From Vicugna vicugna (Eukaryota): DNA of 64,000 nucleotides. The stretch lies in the NCBI GenBank assembly GCA_013265495.1, contig MU058213.1:5475149-5539148 (forward strand). Direction: 5' to 3'. The notes below the pieces were generated by a model. That model had not been told where the DNA came from, made no database searches, and saw only the letters and a program-made list of their open reading frames with translations. The position numbers were made by a program, and so were the translations under genes. This document shows, one piece after another, positions 46,253-59,260 of the stretch (its first letter is position 1; the number at the start of each line of letters is the position of its first letter).

Positions 46253-46915
46253 CAGTGGTTCTCAACCAGGGCAATTCTGCACCCCTGGGGACATTTGGAA
46301 GTTTCTGGACACAGTTTGGTTATCACAACTGAGCTGTGGTGGGCACTAATTGGTATCAGGTGGGTAGAGGCCAGGGTGCTGGTAAACATCCAATGCATGG
46401 GTCAGCCCTTCAGCCAAGAGTTACCCTGCCTGAGTCAGTGTTCTCCAGCGGAACAGGAACTATAAATGTATAACTTATATTTATTTATACTTTATTATTC
46501 TTTTATAATATTATATTAAAATAATTATATATATGTAGAGAGGGAGACACTTACTATAAGGAGTTGGTTCACACTCTGTATTACAGAGGCTAGCCAGTCC
46601 AAAACCTGCAGAGCTGATATTCCAGCTCAAAGGCCATCATTCAGGATGAATCTCTCTTATTTGGGGAAGAGTAANNNNNNNNNNNNNNNNNNNNNNNNNN
46701 NNNNNNNNNNNNNNNNNNNNNNNNNNNNNNNNNNNNNNNNNNNNNNNNNNNNNNNNNNNNNNNNNNNNNNNNNNNNNNNNNNNNNNNNNNNNNNNNNNNN
46801 NNNNNNNNNNNNNNNNNNNNNNNNNNNNNNNNNCCAATGGCTCAGTCAAGTTGACATTTAAAATTAATCATCACACCCTCCAAAATGTCAATAGTGCTGT
46901 GGTTGAGAAATCCTG
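46253..46915. mobile_element. MER20 hAT MITE split by an MLT2 LTR
   Basis: CAGTGGTTCTCAACCAGGGCAATTCTGCACCCC...GGGTAGAGGCCAGGGTGCTG on the left; CCAAAATGTCAATAGTGCTGTGGTTGAGAAATCCTG on the right. Confidence 0.88.
46429..46875 (-). mobile_element. MLT2B-type LTR with N gap
   Basis: AGTCAGTGTTCTCCAG...TTACTATAAGGAGTTGGTTCACA...GTCAAGTTGACATTTAAAATTAATCATCACA; Ns at 46675-46833. Confidence 0.85.
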
Positions 46916-47888
46916 ATCTAGAATCATTCTAGGTACATAATAAATGCTCAAAAATGTCTGTTGATGGAATACAACTGGCTTGTGCTCACTTTGAGACAAA
47001 GGAGACCTCAAAGTGGGGTGGGGTGGTCAGGGGATTCATGGAGGAGATGGGCCAGGTTGAAACTTACAAATCTAGGTGAGCTTGAGTGGACAGAGAGGAT
47101 AAATTCCAGAAGGAGAAGCCACATGAGTGTGATGCATGCAAGGGGGCCATCATCCAAAACCCTAAGAAGCACTCGAGACCACAGAGATCTCAGAATAGAA
47201 CCCATGATCAAATCTGAATGAATGATGTGGCCTTGTTTTTAAAACAATTGAAATTATGTGTTTTGGGGGAAGGTGAGTAGGAAAAAAAAATTTACCTTTA
47301 GCACCATTTATATTTATATAAATAGCACTACTAATTTAACACTGGGTGTTACTGGAGACGATACCATTAACGCACACGATCACACGGTGATTACCACGTG
47401 GGATCTGGAGCCAGAGTGTGTAGGCTCAGACCGGCTCCACCACTTAGTAGATCACGACCTTGGACAAGAGGTCAAACTTGTGAATATGAAATAAGTTCAT
47501 AAACATAAAGCAGGCAGAACACGGCCAGCCAGGCACACAGAAAACGCTCAATCATGTTCGTACTGGCTGTTATTACTGTCATTCTTTTTAACCCCAGTTC
47601 TCTAACCCCAGGATTCCCGCCCTAACAAGCAGCACCAAATCATCTGGGGACAAAACTAAGGAGGCATTAGCAAGCCCCTTTCAGGACCCTCCCTACTCTT
47701 CGACAGGTTACTTTCATAGATCTCGCAAAACGAAGTGATTTTAATTAAATGGCACCGTTTGAGCTGAAAACATTTTCTCCTGCAGCCATCTTATTAAGCC
47801 TGTAGTTTAGACAAGCAAACAGTAAAATAAGCATGTACAGGCTTCTGCTCTGAGTAGCCAGCTGGGAAATGATGCCGTCTAGAAAGGG

Positions 47889-47916
47889 GTGTGTGTGTGT
47901 GTGTGTGTGTGTGTGT
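47889..47916. repeat. (GT)14 microsatellite
   Basis: Perfect GT run. Confidence 0.95.
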
Positions 47917-48179
47917 CTTTGTGATGTGGGGAGGGATAGGAAAGGGGCAGGAGTACCAGGACAAGCTGAAGTTTCTGAGCACACAGCAGCAGGCTGCAGG
48001 GAATAGCAACCCTTACAAATCTCCAGCAATCAGCATCTTTATATGCAACTTGTATGTCCAATTTTCAAAGAAAAAGTGGGGTGGGGATGGGGAAGATAGG
48101 GGAATTTTCCATCAGTCACCTTCCTGGCTTTTAATGGCTCATCAAATAGGGCAGAATCCAGGAGGGTCACCAAGCTGGT

Positions 48180-48460
48180 GAGGAGGCTGGAGGCTGCAAC
48201 AATGAAAAGAACAGGGCAGGCTGAACCTAGAAAAGAGACACTAATGGGGGCCATGGTGGCTGCCTTCAAATAGCTGAAGGGCCAACGGCATGGACGGGCA
48301 TTTAACATTTCATGTGCAGGAGCCAGTTGAAATGAGCAGGTTTCAGTACAACACACTGAATGCCTTTCTACCACTTAGAATAGTCTAAAAAGGCAGTTCT
48401 CTGTCAAGGGGTAGTGAGTTCCTTGTCGTAAAGGTTATGCAAGAAGAGGATAAGCGATCA
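48180..48460 (+). mobile_element. L3/CR1 LINE 3' fragment
   Basis: ATGGTGGCTGCCTTCAAATAGCTGAAGGGC...GGTAGTGAGTTCCTTGTC...ATGCAAGAAGAGG matches the remembered CR1/L3 3' consensus. Confidence 0.75.
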
Positions 48461-50231
48461 TTTTGTGGGGTACTGATTTCACACTTTAAAGTGGTTTCCA
48501 ATTATACAGTTCTCAGCTTTTAGGCTTACATCGCCTGTGCGGATGTGAGGTTTAGATCTGGCTTATTTTCCTTGCCTTCCTCCCGCTTAATTCTGTACTA
48601 ATGATAGGAGAGTGTTTCTGTCTCCAAGACCAGCTCTTGTTAACTGTTCCCGGCTGCCTAGAACACTGTGGGAAGAAGTCTTCTAAGACTGTGTAATGTG
48701 ATAGATTCGTAATGTCTGCTAAGGACAAAGGAAAGAAGCAAAGGAGGCTCACTTTTCATTCCCAATGTACATGCAGCAGCTATAACATACGTAACATAAT
48801 AAGGATATCTTTTTAAATATTTTAAATCTAATTTCCCTTCTCAATAAGCAAAAACTTTCCATTCCCATATTTCTTTTCCATTGAGGTGGTGAGGGCATGA
48901 GGTTCATTGCCTCACAGAAGGGGCAGTAGGATGGGCCCGCCTAGATCAGAGTTTATAAGGAGGAGGAATAAGAAAGACATGACTACAGAGCAATTCCCAA
49001 CAGACAGAAGGGAAAGCAGAACCCTTCGTGGGAGGAAGTGGAGAATCCTGGAAAGGATAAACCTGGGAAGAAGCAGCTGCCTGCGAACCCTCTCCCTCTG
49101 AGCCTTAGCTCAGGGCAGGGAGTGAGGACAGAGAGCAACGCTGAGGGGAAAGAAGGAAAAGCAGGACCCAGAGTGGATCCAGCACACTTCCTGTTTGGAG
49201 TTCCAGGGAAGGCACCTCACCCAGCACCCATGCCACCATGGTGCAGCCACAGCAGGCAGAGAGGGCCATGTGGGATGCACAGGAAGAGAGAGGTCTGGAC
49301 CCAGTGCCCCTGAGCGTCTCTGCTCACATGAAGTGTGGAGGAGTCTGAAGTTCCCACCTGCACCTGGTGAAGGACAAAGAAGGATACAGAGCTGGGAGCA
49401 AAGGGAGTGTGGAGAGACCAAGTGACCAAGACGGAGGATGTAGCTGGTGCTCAGGGATCTATTAGGCCAGTGAGGTCTGAGATGGGGTCGAGTCAACAAG
49501 AGGGGACCAACAACCCTGAAAACACCAGAACAGCAGAGCCAAGTTACACCACTGTGTCACATGTGTCAGCAGCAGATGCACAAGGACAGAGGCCGGGGCT
49601 GAGAGGAGTCCAGAGGTCAGGGGAAGCTGACAGAGAAGCACAAAGCTCAGACCAGGAGCCTCCCCCCACAGGATGTGAGGACGAGAAGCTTCCCTTGCTC
49701 AGAGGCACTGGGGAGTGGGGAAGGGAGGGGACACCCTCTCTGCCAGTGAGTCTGAACTTAAAATCAACTAATTGCTCAAAGAGCCTTTCGACCCAAGAAA
49801 GACAGAGTTTTCTCTAACTGGCAAGTGTTAAGTCACGGTGTAAGGTATGATCAGGATGGAATTGCTTTTTCCAAACCTGAGTGTGACCATTTCAGCATCT
49901 CCACCACACACACACACACACACCCCATAAATGCATGTGCAGTCAATCACAAGAACTCAGCAGGAGTAGCTGGAACAAAGGTCTGGAAGACTTTTCAAGA
50001 ACAGAGAGAAAGAAATGGAAGGACTGGGTGTGCGGGAGCGATGGTAGTGTGGTAGGAAAGAAAGAGGAGAAATCCACCTGAAGAGTAATGACTAGCACTG
50101 CTGAATGCTGCCCATGGAACACGCACTGTGTGTCCTCACTGCTCCAAGCATGGCCCAGGGACCAGCAGTGCAGGCATCACCAGAGCTTGTTAGAAATCCA
50201 GATAGCAGTCCACACCCTAGCCCACTGCATC

Positions 50232-50680
50232 CTTTTTTCTTTCCAGCTTTATTGACATATAATGGACATATAATTTTGTGTAAGTTTAAGGCATACAATG
50301 TGATGATTTGGTGCATGTATATTTGTCTAACATATACATATATATGTTTACACAGTAAGGTTAGTTAACACATCCTTCACTTCCCATAATTACCATTTTG
50401 TTGTTGTTATTGTAATGAGAATATTTAAGATTTACTCTCTTAGCAATTTTCAAGTATACAGTAGAGAATTTTTAAGTATAGTCACTATGTTATATACTAG
50501 CTTCCCATAATTATTCCTCTTATAAATGCAAGTTTGTACCATTTGCCCAACATCTCCCCATCTCCCCCACCCTCCAGCACCTGACAACCACTGTCTACTC
50601 TCTGCTTCTATGAGTTTGGCTTTTCCAGACTACACATATAAATGAGATCATACAATATTTGTGTTCTTCTGTCCCTACTA
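50232..50680 (-). mobile_element. L1MA-type 3' end inserted in a MER5A element (50135-50230 and 50681-50730)
   Basis: T-rich tail then CAGCTTTATTGACATATAAT...GGTTAGTTAACACATCC...ACAACCACTGTCTACTCTCTGCTTCTATGAGTT. MER5A halves on both sides. Confidence 0.85.
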
Positions 50681-53600
50681 CATCTTAACATGATTCCAGG
50701 TGATTTGTGTTCACACTCAAGTTTGAAAAGTGTGATGTCACATGATTTAACACAATCAGTTCAACACAACAATTCTATAAATGAGAATATTCTCCCCATT
50801 TTGCAGATGCGCAAACTGAGACCCGGCCAAGATGACATATGGGTAAGTGGAAGAACCAAGATGTCAACCCAAGTAGTCTGACTCCAGAGCCCACCGGCTT
50901 CTCTGTACCAAAAGCTTAGGCTTCTCCACTGCTTTGTATCTGATCAAATGTGTGTTTACAATTATGTTGATGCATGCCTAGAATGTTTTGGAATGATCTG
51001 TGGAGATACAGCAGTGACAAGATTTTCTGTTCCAATATCTTTTTCAAAGTACAACACCAGATATTCATGACTCAATCCATGCCCAGGATTCTGCGTGATC
51101 AAGCGCCCCCAGTATTTTAAGCTTTTGGGCAATTCATAGCTATCATGTCTAAATTGTTCTGCTTATTCTAAATTTGCCCTGCATGTGTTACCTTTCAAGA
51201 ATAGTTCTTTTAGCTGATAAACTCTCATTTTCAAATGCAAATGTGTTTTGAAATGTATCTGTTCAATCAGTTCTCCCTCAAAATCATACTATAGCTGAAT
51301 TACTCCAAAGGAATCTGTAGTGAAGCACGGAACATTTTCAAGCATAATCCTGTGGTGCTTTTCATCTAAAAAGGTGACTAACAGCTTGCATAAGCTTATA
51401 ACCAGAGTTAAAGCTTAAAATCCCTGCGGAGTTTGCAAAGGGCGTTGAGAAAGCAAGCCAAACCTGGGAAACATAAATGTCTTTGCATGCTGACTTATCT
51501 ACCAGTCACGAAACCAGTCCAATTTAAAATTGCTGTTACTCATTTCAGCTCCACAGTCTCTATTCTCCTGACAGTGAGTTGAAAAAGCACTCCTTTCCCT
51601 GTTAAGAAAAATAAGAAATGGCTCCTTTCTAACACATGTTAATTAGGTCATGCAAGGTGGCGAAAAGGGATCTAAAATAAGATGAAACTCATGTATTGCT
51701 GCCTGATAGCAAGTGGGTAATTATAAGCACACGTTCGGAAAAATGAATGAAACCTAGCCTCGAGTCTGGAATTAACCAGCTCTGTGACCTTGGGGAACTC
51801 ACTCTCCTCTCCAGGATTTTCTTTTTTTTTTTTTTTGGCCTCAGTGGTTTCCTAAGACTCCTTTCAGATTCACAGTCTCAAATTTTAAATCAGACCTTAA
51901 TTATGTGCTAAGCAAAGTATAACATACTTAATTTGAAGGATGGCATTCTGACAAAGATAGTTCAGAAGATGACAAGGCAGCATGGAAACTACTCATTACA
52001 TAATATGAAATGCAAAGTGGTGTTTACACTCTCTAAAGCTATGCAAGATTCTGTGTGCATGTGTACAGAAGCTGGGAGGAAAGAGGGAACAAAGAGAACT
52101 GAGTGAGATCATGAGTGGGTGACGTTTCTTATATTTTGACTTCGGTTAATTTGCTGTTTGATATTTAAAAACCATGCTTTTAGGAAAGAATATCTTCACG
52201 TTCTGTGGAAGAACTGTTTGGTAGTTTGCTGCCATTTATACTCTCAGCTTCCAAAGAGAGGGTGAGCAGGTTGATCTGCTCTATAAGGACTGTGTCACTC
52301 TGCAGAGCCCAACACTGTCATACACCTGAGCCCCAGGAGGCAGACCCCCATCTTCTCAGCTCCAACCTAGAAACACAGATCCTGTGTTTGCCTTTCCCTC
52401 CACTGCCAACTGGGAAAGAAAAGGTACTGCACGTAGAAGTCCAGTCAGAGCACCTCAGAGGGGAAGGGACCTTAGAGTTTGCTCTGCCCTTCCTCTGAGG
52501 TAGTCCATTTAGAGAGTCTACCCGGTTCATAAAGAAACCCTTCACTGCCCACCCGTGATTCACAACCAAGGGCCCCAACAGCTGTTTTGGGCAATGTGTC
52601 TCTGCTCCCCATCATGGCAGCATTTAACGGGACCAGTGCTGAGCACCTGACCCATGATGGCCAATCAGAGCCTCTTTGCCAGACATCTGAAATTGGGACT
52701 AAGAAAAAGTCAGTATCTCTTGAGATGGTTAAATCCAAAACCTGTCAGCATGTCAGCTTGAGTGCTATGGAGTAAACATTTTTGATCACCCGTGTGGACT
52801 GTACAAGCAGAGGAAGCTCATACTGGGGATGAGACGTCAGTGAGGAGAGAACGAGCCTGGCTGCTTCTTTGCTTCAGTCCCTTCCTAAGGGATGCTGCAA
52901 ACCTGCCCTCGGGCTCTGTGAAACAGCCTGAATCCTTAACTAAGGCATGTTGGTTTCTATTACCTGTAGTCAAGACTGTCCTAACATAGCCTCCCTCCCT
53001 CAGTTCATCTGTAGGACCGTCCCAGCAAGCCACACAAGCCCCTGGGTAACCTGGCCCTGTCAGGGGCCCCACCTGATAGCCCACTCGCATTCTGGCCACG
53101 CGGGGCCCCAGCTGGTAGCGCCCAACACCTTACTGCCTCTTGCTGCCAGTCTTTGCTGGCTGCTCTGCCTGAACATCCTCCAGCCTCTGAACCGTCCCCA
53201 GCCTGAAGGCACAGGCAGGCAAAAAGCCTGTCTGCAGGGGTCTGCTTGCTTGCTGCCTTTCTTCAGCCTTGCATATGATGAAAGCACTCACACTGTGTGC
53301 TGCCTGGGATGCTGGGAGCCGCTCTTTCTGACCGTGGTAGCCAGAATGGACCGAGCTTTCAGAGAGCGGGCCCTCCCGGGAAGCCGAGGGAGACGAGTCT
53401 TGCTGCCGCAGCCTGAGATGCTGCTGCTCTCATTAGGTTTTGCTGCATTCTTTATTTATAAGGACGTCCTGGGCTTCCAGGTTAAAGGCTGGCAGTGCCC
53501 AGCATCCCCACGCTTAATGAGGAATCAACAGCATGGTGGAAAAAAGTAGATCTAGGGCAGTTTTGCGTTCCAGGGCACAAGTGAAAGACGAGAGCTTCTC

Positions 53601-53719
53601 TGAACACGCCTGGGGAGAATAACTTGCTTCCCAAAAGATTTTCTGAAAAGCAGAAAATGTGCACGTTCCAATCCTACTTAGTTGAAAGGAAGGGCAAGTA
53701 ATGACCGCAGACATTACAG

Positions 53720-53731
53720 AGCGCATGCGCA
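53720..53731. promoter_or_regulatory. NRF1-type palindrome
   Basis: GCGCATGCGC at 53721-53730. Confidence 0.45.
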
Positions 53732-53939
53732 GTACCTCGCAAAAGTCATCTCAAATAGGTGTTCTCATCCCTGATTTACAGATGAGAGAAACTGAGATTC
53801 AGAGGTTGAGCAACTTGCTGAGCTTCCACAGGACCAAGCAGGCCTCTAGGTGCAGAGCTGGTCACCAGCCCCAGTGACTATCCTCCAGGTCAGGGGAAAG
53901 CGGCGTGCCCCCTGGACCGGCAGCATCCGCGCCGCTTAG

Positions 53940-54165
53940 GACGAACTGGTTAGAAATGCAAATTCTTGGACTTCGGCCCTGACCTACCAAATCACACACT
54001 CTGGTGGGTTCTGAGGTGCTCTGTCCCCGCTATTCAGTGGGGGTCTCATCACCTCCAGCTGCATCAGCACCGCCTGGGAACTGATTAAAAATGCAAACTC
54101 CCAGGCCCCACCTCAGACCGAGTGAACAGGGATCAGTACTTTAGTAGCTCCAGGCATGTGTACAC
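53940..54165. mobile_element. MER5A-type MITE remnants
   Basis: GTTAGAAATGCAAATTCTTGG; CATCAGCACCGCCTGGGAACTGATTAAAAATGCAAACTCCCAGGCCCCACCTCAGACC. Confidence 0.7.
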
Positions 54166-54744
54166 ACATTAGCGTTGAAGACTTAAGGAGCAAGCAGTTG
54201 GCATTTGGTACCATGTCATTTCAATCCTGTTTGAAGTCCAGGAAGTGGGGGGGGGGGGTAGAGGAGACCACCTTGGGAGGAAAGATGATGAGAGGGTTAA
54301 AGTTTCCTTTGTGAGTGGGTGACACTTCTTTTCTTTTACTTCATCATGTGAGGAGGCAATTCTGTGTGAGGACATTTTTGCTGTATGTGTTTTATATTTA
54401 CATGAAAAACCCTTTCTCAGGGTATTCAAATTGATCTTATTTTGAAGCACTCTTTTTATTAAGCTGGGGCAACATTTACATGCATGGGATCACAGGGGCT
54501 CCCCTAAACCGGGATGAAGTCAAGGGAAGTCAGAGGTGACCTTCACTCATGCCGGCTTCCTCCTTCCTCACAGAACCTGCAGTCTACATACTCAGTGCAG
54601 CCGTGCTTCAGAGGGGGCGCACCTGCTCCCAGCCCCACGGAATGTGCTGCTTGGTCTATGAAAATGAATCACGGTTCCATTTTTCTTACCAGTGACTGGT
54701 TTAAAATAGGCGTGTGAACCTAGTTCTAACCAGTGAGACAGGAA

Positions 54745-55442
54745 AAGTGAGAGCAAATGTTGCCTCAGTCTTAAAAAGAAACACAAGGACTATCTCATCC
54801 CCATTAGGATGGCTACTATCCCAACAAAAAGGGAGGGGTGAGGAATGCGGAGAAAAACTGAAACAATTTTGCACCGTTGGTTGGAATGTAAAATGGTACA
54901 ATCACCATGGAAAACAGTTTGGCAGTTCTTCAAAAAAATAAAGTAGAATTACCGTATGATCCAGTAATTCACTTCTGGGTACATACCCAAAAGAACTGCA
55001 AGCAGAGTCTTGAAGAGGTTTTTGTACACCTGTGTTCACAGCAGTATTATTCACAACAGCTAAAAGGTGGAAGCAGCCCAAGTGTCCACTGAGCTGGTGA
55101 ACAGANNNNNNNNNNNNNNNNNNNNNNNNNNNNNNNNNNNNNNNNNNNNNNNNNNNNNNNNNNNNNNNNNNNNNNNNNNNNNNNNNNNNNNNNNNNNNNN
55201 NNNNNNNNNNNNNNNNNNNNNNNNNNNNNNNNNNNNNNNNNNNNNNNNAGAGGACATATACTGTACAAATTCCCTTATACAAACGCACAGAGTAGTCATA
55301 TTCATAGGGTAAGAGACTAGAAGGATGGTTACAAGGGGATGTGAACGAACTTAACACTACTTAACTGCACACCTGAAAACAGTCAAGATGGTACATTTTA
55401 TGTCGTGTGTATTTTATCACAATTAAAAATAATTTTTTAAAA
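54745..55442 (+). mobile_element. L1MB-type 3' fragment with N gap
   Basis: GGATGGCTACTATC...GGAATGTAAAATGGTACAATCACCATGGAAAACAGTTTGGCAGTTC...TATTTTATCACAATTAAAAA; Ns at 55106-55248. Confidence 0.9.
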
Positions 55443-56794
55443 GACACACAAGGTAGATACTGTCTGCCTCTGCATATTGTGTCTTCATATGGTGCCTGGA
55501 ATAGCTGCCACAATTTTGAGACCCTCTGAGGACAGAAAAAAAGATGGGGAAAAACACAAATCTTTGGTGATGCCTTTGAGTCACTGCATTAACAAGCCCT
55601 GGACCAGCCTTATCTCCAGGATTTGTACAATATGAAATAATATTTCTTATCACTCAGCTACTTTGAGTTTTCTGTTGCCACCAAAAGCATCCTAACAGAC
55701 TCAGGGTTCTAAGTATCCGACAACTGGCAGGCAGCCAGCATGGCTCATGCAGACAAAAAGAGTCAGCTTTGATGCTCTCAATTCTGCTGCTGCAGCAGTA
55801 GAAGTGGCTGGTGGTGGTCAGCAAGGAAGTCTCTGTGCCCTACTTGCTCATGATCATCACAGCTTTTTTTTTCTAATTTCCCAGATATTGCTGTGCAATA
55901 TATGATTTTATAAATAATCACGAATTACCATAACCCCTTGGATGGCTATCATAGCATGGAATACAATGCAGCCATTGAAGTGATGCTGAAGACGTTCACT
56001 CACTAACGTGAAAAGCTTCTTACCTGTGCATTTAAGTCGTGGTGAGGGCGGCGGCGGAGGAGGGTAAATACAAGTTACAGAGTCGTGTGATTCAATTTCC
56101 TATGTATTAACTCCAACTAGTTACAGACAGGCAGGCAGATGACAGGGTGAATGGATATAAACACATAAATAGATGTGAAGAGAGAACACGAGAGCACACA
56201 AAGTAACACTGTATCTTGGAAGGGTTATAGCGGTATTTTATTCCCTTCTTTTTGCTTATGTATTTTTCTAAATTTTCTTAGGGGAACTACCTTATTTTGT
56301 GATAATGAAAATATTGGTCTTTTAAAAAACCTTATGTAATATTTCAATTCACTTTACTCATGGATACTTTATTCTTCTCAAAGAGCTGAGTATGTAATTC
56401 CCTGTGTGTCTAACCTTCTCACATCAAGCACTTAGAGAGGACATCTCTACAGTGTATGACATGGGCCCCTGCCCCCAAAATAGTGTCTATAATGAGCAGT
56501 GCTGGTGACACAGGTTTATTATTCTAGACTCCACTACTGTACTGTGCGGTGGTGGTGTTCTCAGGTAATGTGCTAGAGCTGTGGCACACCTTGACCCTCA
56601 GCAAACAACCCTGGTTTGCTATGTTTAAGTTCTTGGATCTGCTTTTAAAACTTGGTACCTTCAGAAATTCCTCACTATTTGTCAAAGTATGTGTCTTGTT
56701 ACATACCCTCCCCTGCCCTCTGCTCTGCAGCTTCCAATATACTGAATGCTTGGAAATCAGATGAACTCCATGGTATCACTGAGTATAAGTAAGA

Positions 56795-57965
56795 ACCAAG
56801 ACTCTTAATTAAACTTATAAGCTTTTGCACAGCAAAAGAAGTTATAAACAAAAGGAAAAGACAACCCATAGAATGGGAGAAAATATTTGTAAACAATGCA
56901 AATGGCAAGGGCTTAATTTTCAGAATACACAAACAGCTCATACATTTCACTAACAAAAAAATAAACAACTAAATCAAAAATGGGCAGAAGACCTAAACAA
57001 ATATTTCTCCACTGAAGACATACAAATGGCCAAAAGGCACATGAAAAAAGTGCTCAATATTGCTAATTATCAGAAGAATGCAAATCAAAATTACCAAGAG
57101 GTCTCACCTCACACCAGTCAGAATGACGATCATTAAAAAGTCCACAAACAATAAATGCTGGAGAGGATGTGGAGATAAGGAAACCCTCCTACATTGTTGG
57201 TGGGAATGCAGTTTGATGCAGCCATTACAGGAAATAGTATGGAGATTCCTTTAAAAACTGAAAATAGACTCAGCCTATGATCCAGCAGTCCCACTCCTGG
57301 GCATATACCCAGAGGGAACTCTAATTTGAAAAGATACATGCACCCCAATGTTCATAGCAGCACTATTTACAATAGCCAAGACATGGAAGCAACCTAAATG
57401 TCCATAGACAGATGACTGGATAAAGATGGGGGTTTGTGTATACACACACATATACATATAGATAGACAGACAGATAGATATACATATATATATAATGGAA
57501 TACTACTCAGCCATAAGAAAGAATGAAATAATGCTATTTGAAGCAACATGGAGGGACCTGGGGATTGTCACACTAAGTGATGTAAGTCAGAAAGAGAAAG
57601 AAAAATAACATATAATGTCACTTATATGTGGAATCTAAAAAAATGAGATAAGTGAAATTATTTACAAAACAGAAACAGATTCAAACATAGAAAACAAACT
57701 TAAGGTTATGAGAGGGGGAAAGAGAGGTGGAGGGATAAACTGGGAGTTCAGGGTTTGCAGATATTAACTACTATATACATAAAAGAGATTAACAACAAGG
57801 ACCTACTATATAGCACAGGGAACTATATTCAATATCTTGCAATAGCTTACAACGAAAAAGAATCTGAAAAAGAATATATAAATGTATAACTGAATCACTA
57901 TGCTGTACACCAGAAACTAACACAACATTGTAAACCAACTACACTTCAATCAAAAAAAAAAAAAA
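56795..57965 (+). mobile_element. cetartiodactyl-type L1, 5'-truncated (ORF2 C-terminus, 3' UTR, poly A)
   Basis: Frame 57060-57254 contains the ORF2 cysteine-rich motif [18 protein letters not shown]. 3' end TATAGCACAGGGAACTATATTCAATATCTTG...CAACTACACTTCAAT plus A14. Confidence 0.92.
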
Positions 57966-59139
57966 GGAGTGACGGCTCAAGGAAGCTTTCTCATGAGGGA
58001 GGCCTATGAGCGTTAGTCCCCGGGCTTCCCTGCCATCTCGGCTGCACAAAGCCTTTTTCTGGCATGACTCCTGGTTCTGCAAGTATTCTAAACTGGTGAA
58101 GATGCGGGAGAGCCAAGTTCCACACAAGTGAAGTGGGAGTGTTTCTGATAACAAACAGCTACTCCATTAAGAAATAGCGTGACTGGTTCTCTGGACATCT
58201 CGATCCAAAAGAAAGAGGCTGCAGATGGCAAGAGCAGAACCAACTGGGGTCCCTCTACCCCATCAAAGTGAGGTTATTTAGGGTCACCACCTGGTTATTG
58301 GGTTCGCCAGATGGCAAGCTTGAGTAACTGCTCAGAAAGAGAGTAACTAGCCAATCCAGTGCCCCAGCACAGTCGACACCATTAATTTAACATGGGATGC
58401 ACATACTAGTACAGAATATGGGTAATGAGGTATCACGGAGCCATCATAAAGGCAGCCATCTGGGCTCATGTGGGACGGTGCACAGTGGCCATGGGAGAAA
58501 CCTTCCTGCGTTCTGTGCAGCAGGGACGAGGAGGGGCGGGGGCCTGGGGTGAGGGCAGGAAGCGTGCCCACATGTCCACAGTATTGAAATACTTCGCTTC
58601 CGTCTCTGGGCCAGTGCTGACTCTCGCCCAACCTCACCTAGTTCTCAGGCTCCCTTTGTTGTTATTTTCAATTTTGATGAAAAGGCAATGATATTTTTAC
58701 AACAGCACTGGATAAACAGAACTGTGACTAAAGGTGGTTTTGAATACTTTGACAGTTCTAGTCCAACTCTGACAGTCACAAAAATGGCTTTCCTTTAGGA
58801 AACGGCATGCGTGTCTGGGTAGGGGATGGGGGTGGGGGTGGCTCATGCACTCTGGCTCCCCTCAGGAACAGGCTTGTGACGGAGAAATTCCAACCCGTCC
58901 CACTGGGGCTGACGCACGCAGGGCCTGGGCACCACAGAGAGGAAGGCCCAAAAGAAGAGCTGGTGAACCAGGCCACGCCCAGAGGCGGGCACTGTAAGCG
59001 ACACGGGGCAGGGACACCTCCTGTAAGGAGCATGGTTCCTCCTCGTTACCCTACAGTACCCAGCACAGCGCTGCCCAAATGAGGTGATTTCATGTTTGTG
59101 GAAGTCAGTTCACTTGTTCAACAAGTACCTACCAGCTGC

Positions 59140-59260
59140 AGGGCACCAGGGGAAACTGGGCAAAGGGCACATGAGATCCCTGTGTTACTTCTCACAATTG
59201 CCCATGAATCTATGGTTATCTCAAAACGATTTAAAAATTAAATCCCAGAAACTTGAATAT
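59140..59260 (+). mobile_element. L1M 3' end fragment
   Basis: GGGGAAACTGGGCAAAGGGCACATGAGATCCCTGTGTTACTTCTCACAATTGCCCATGAATCTATGGTTATCTCAAAA. Confidence 0.75.

Noticed and set aside
52947-53549. 200-aa plus-strand ORF
   Set aside because: No homology I recognise, no convincing splice or codon structure; GC-rich chance ORF.
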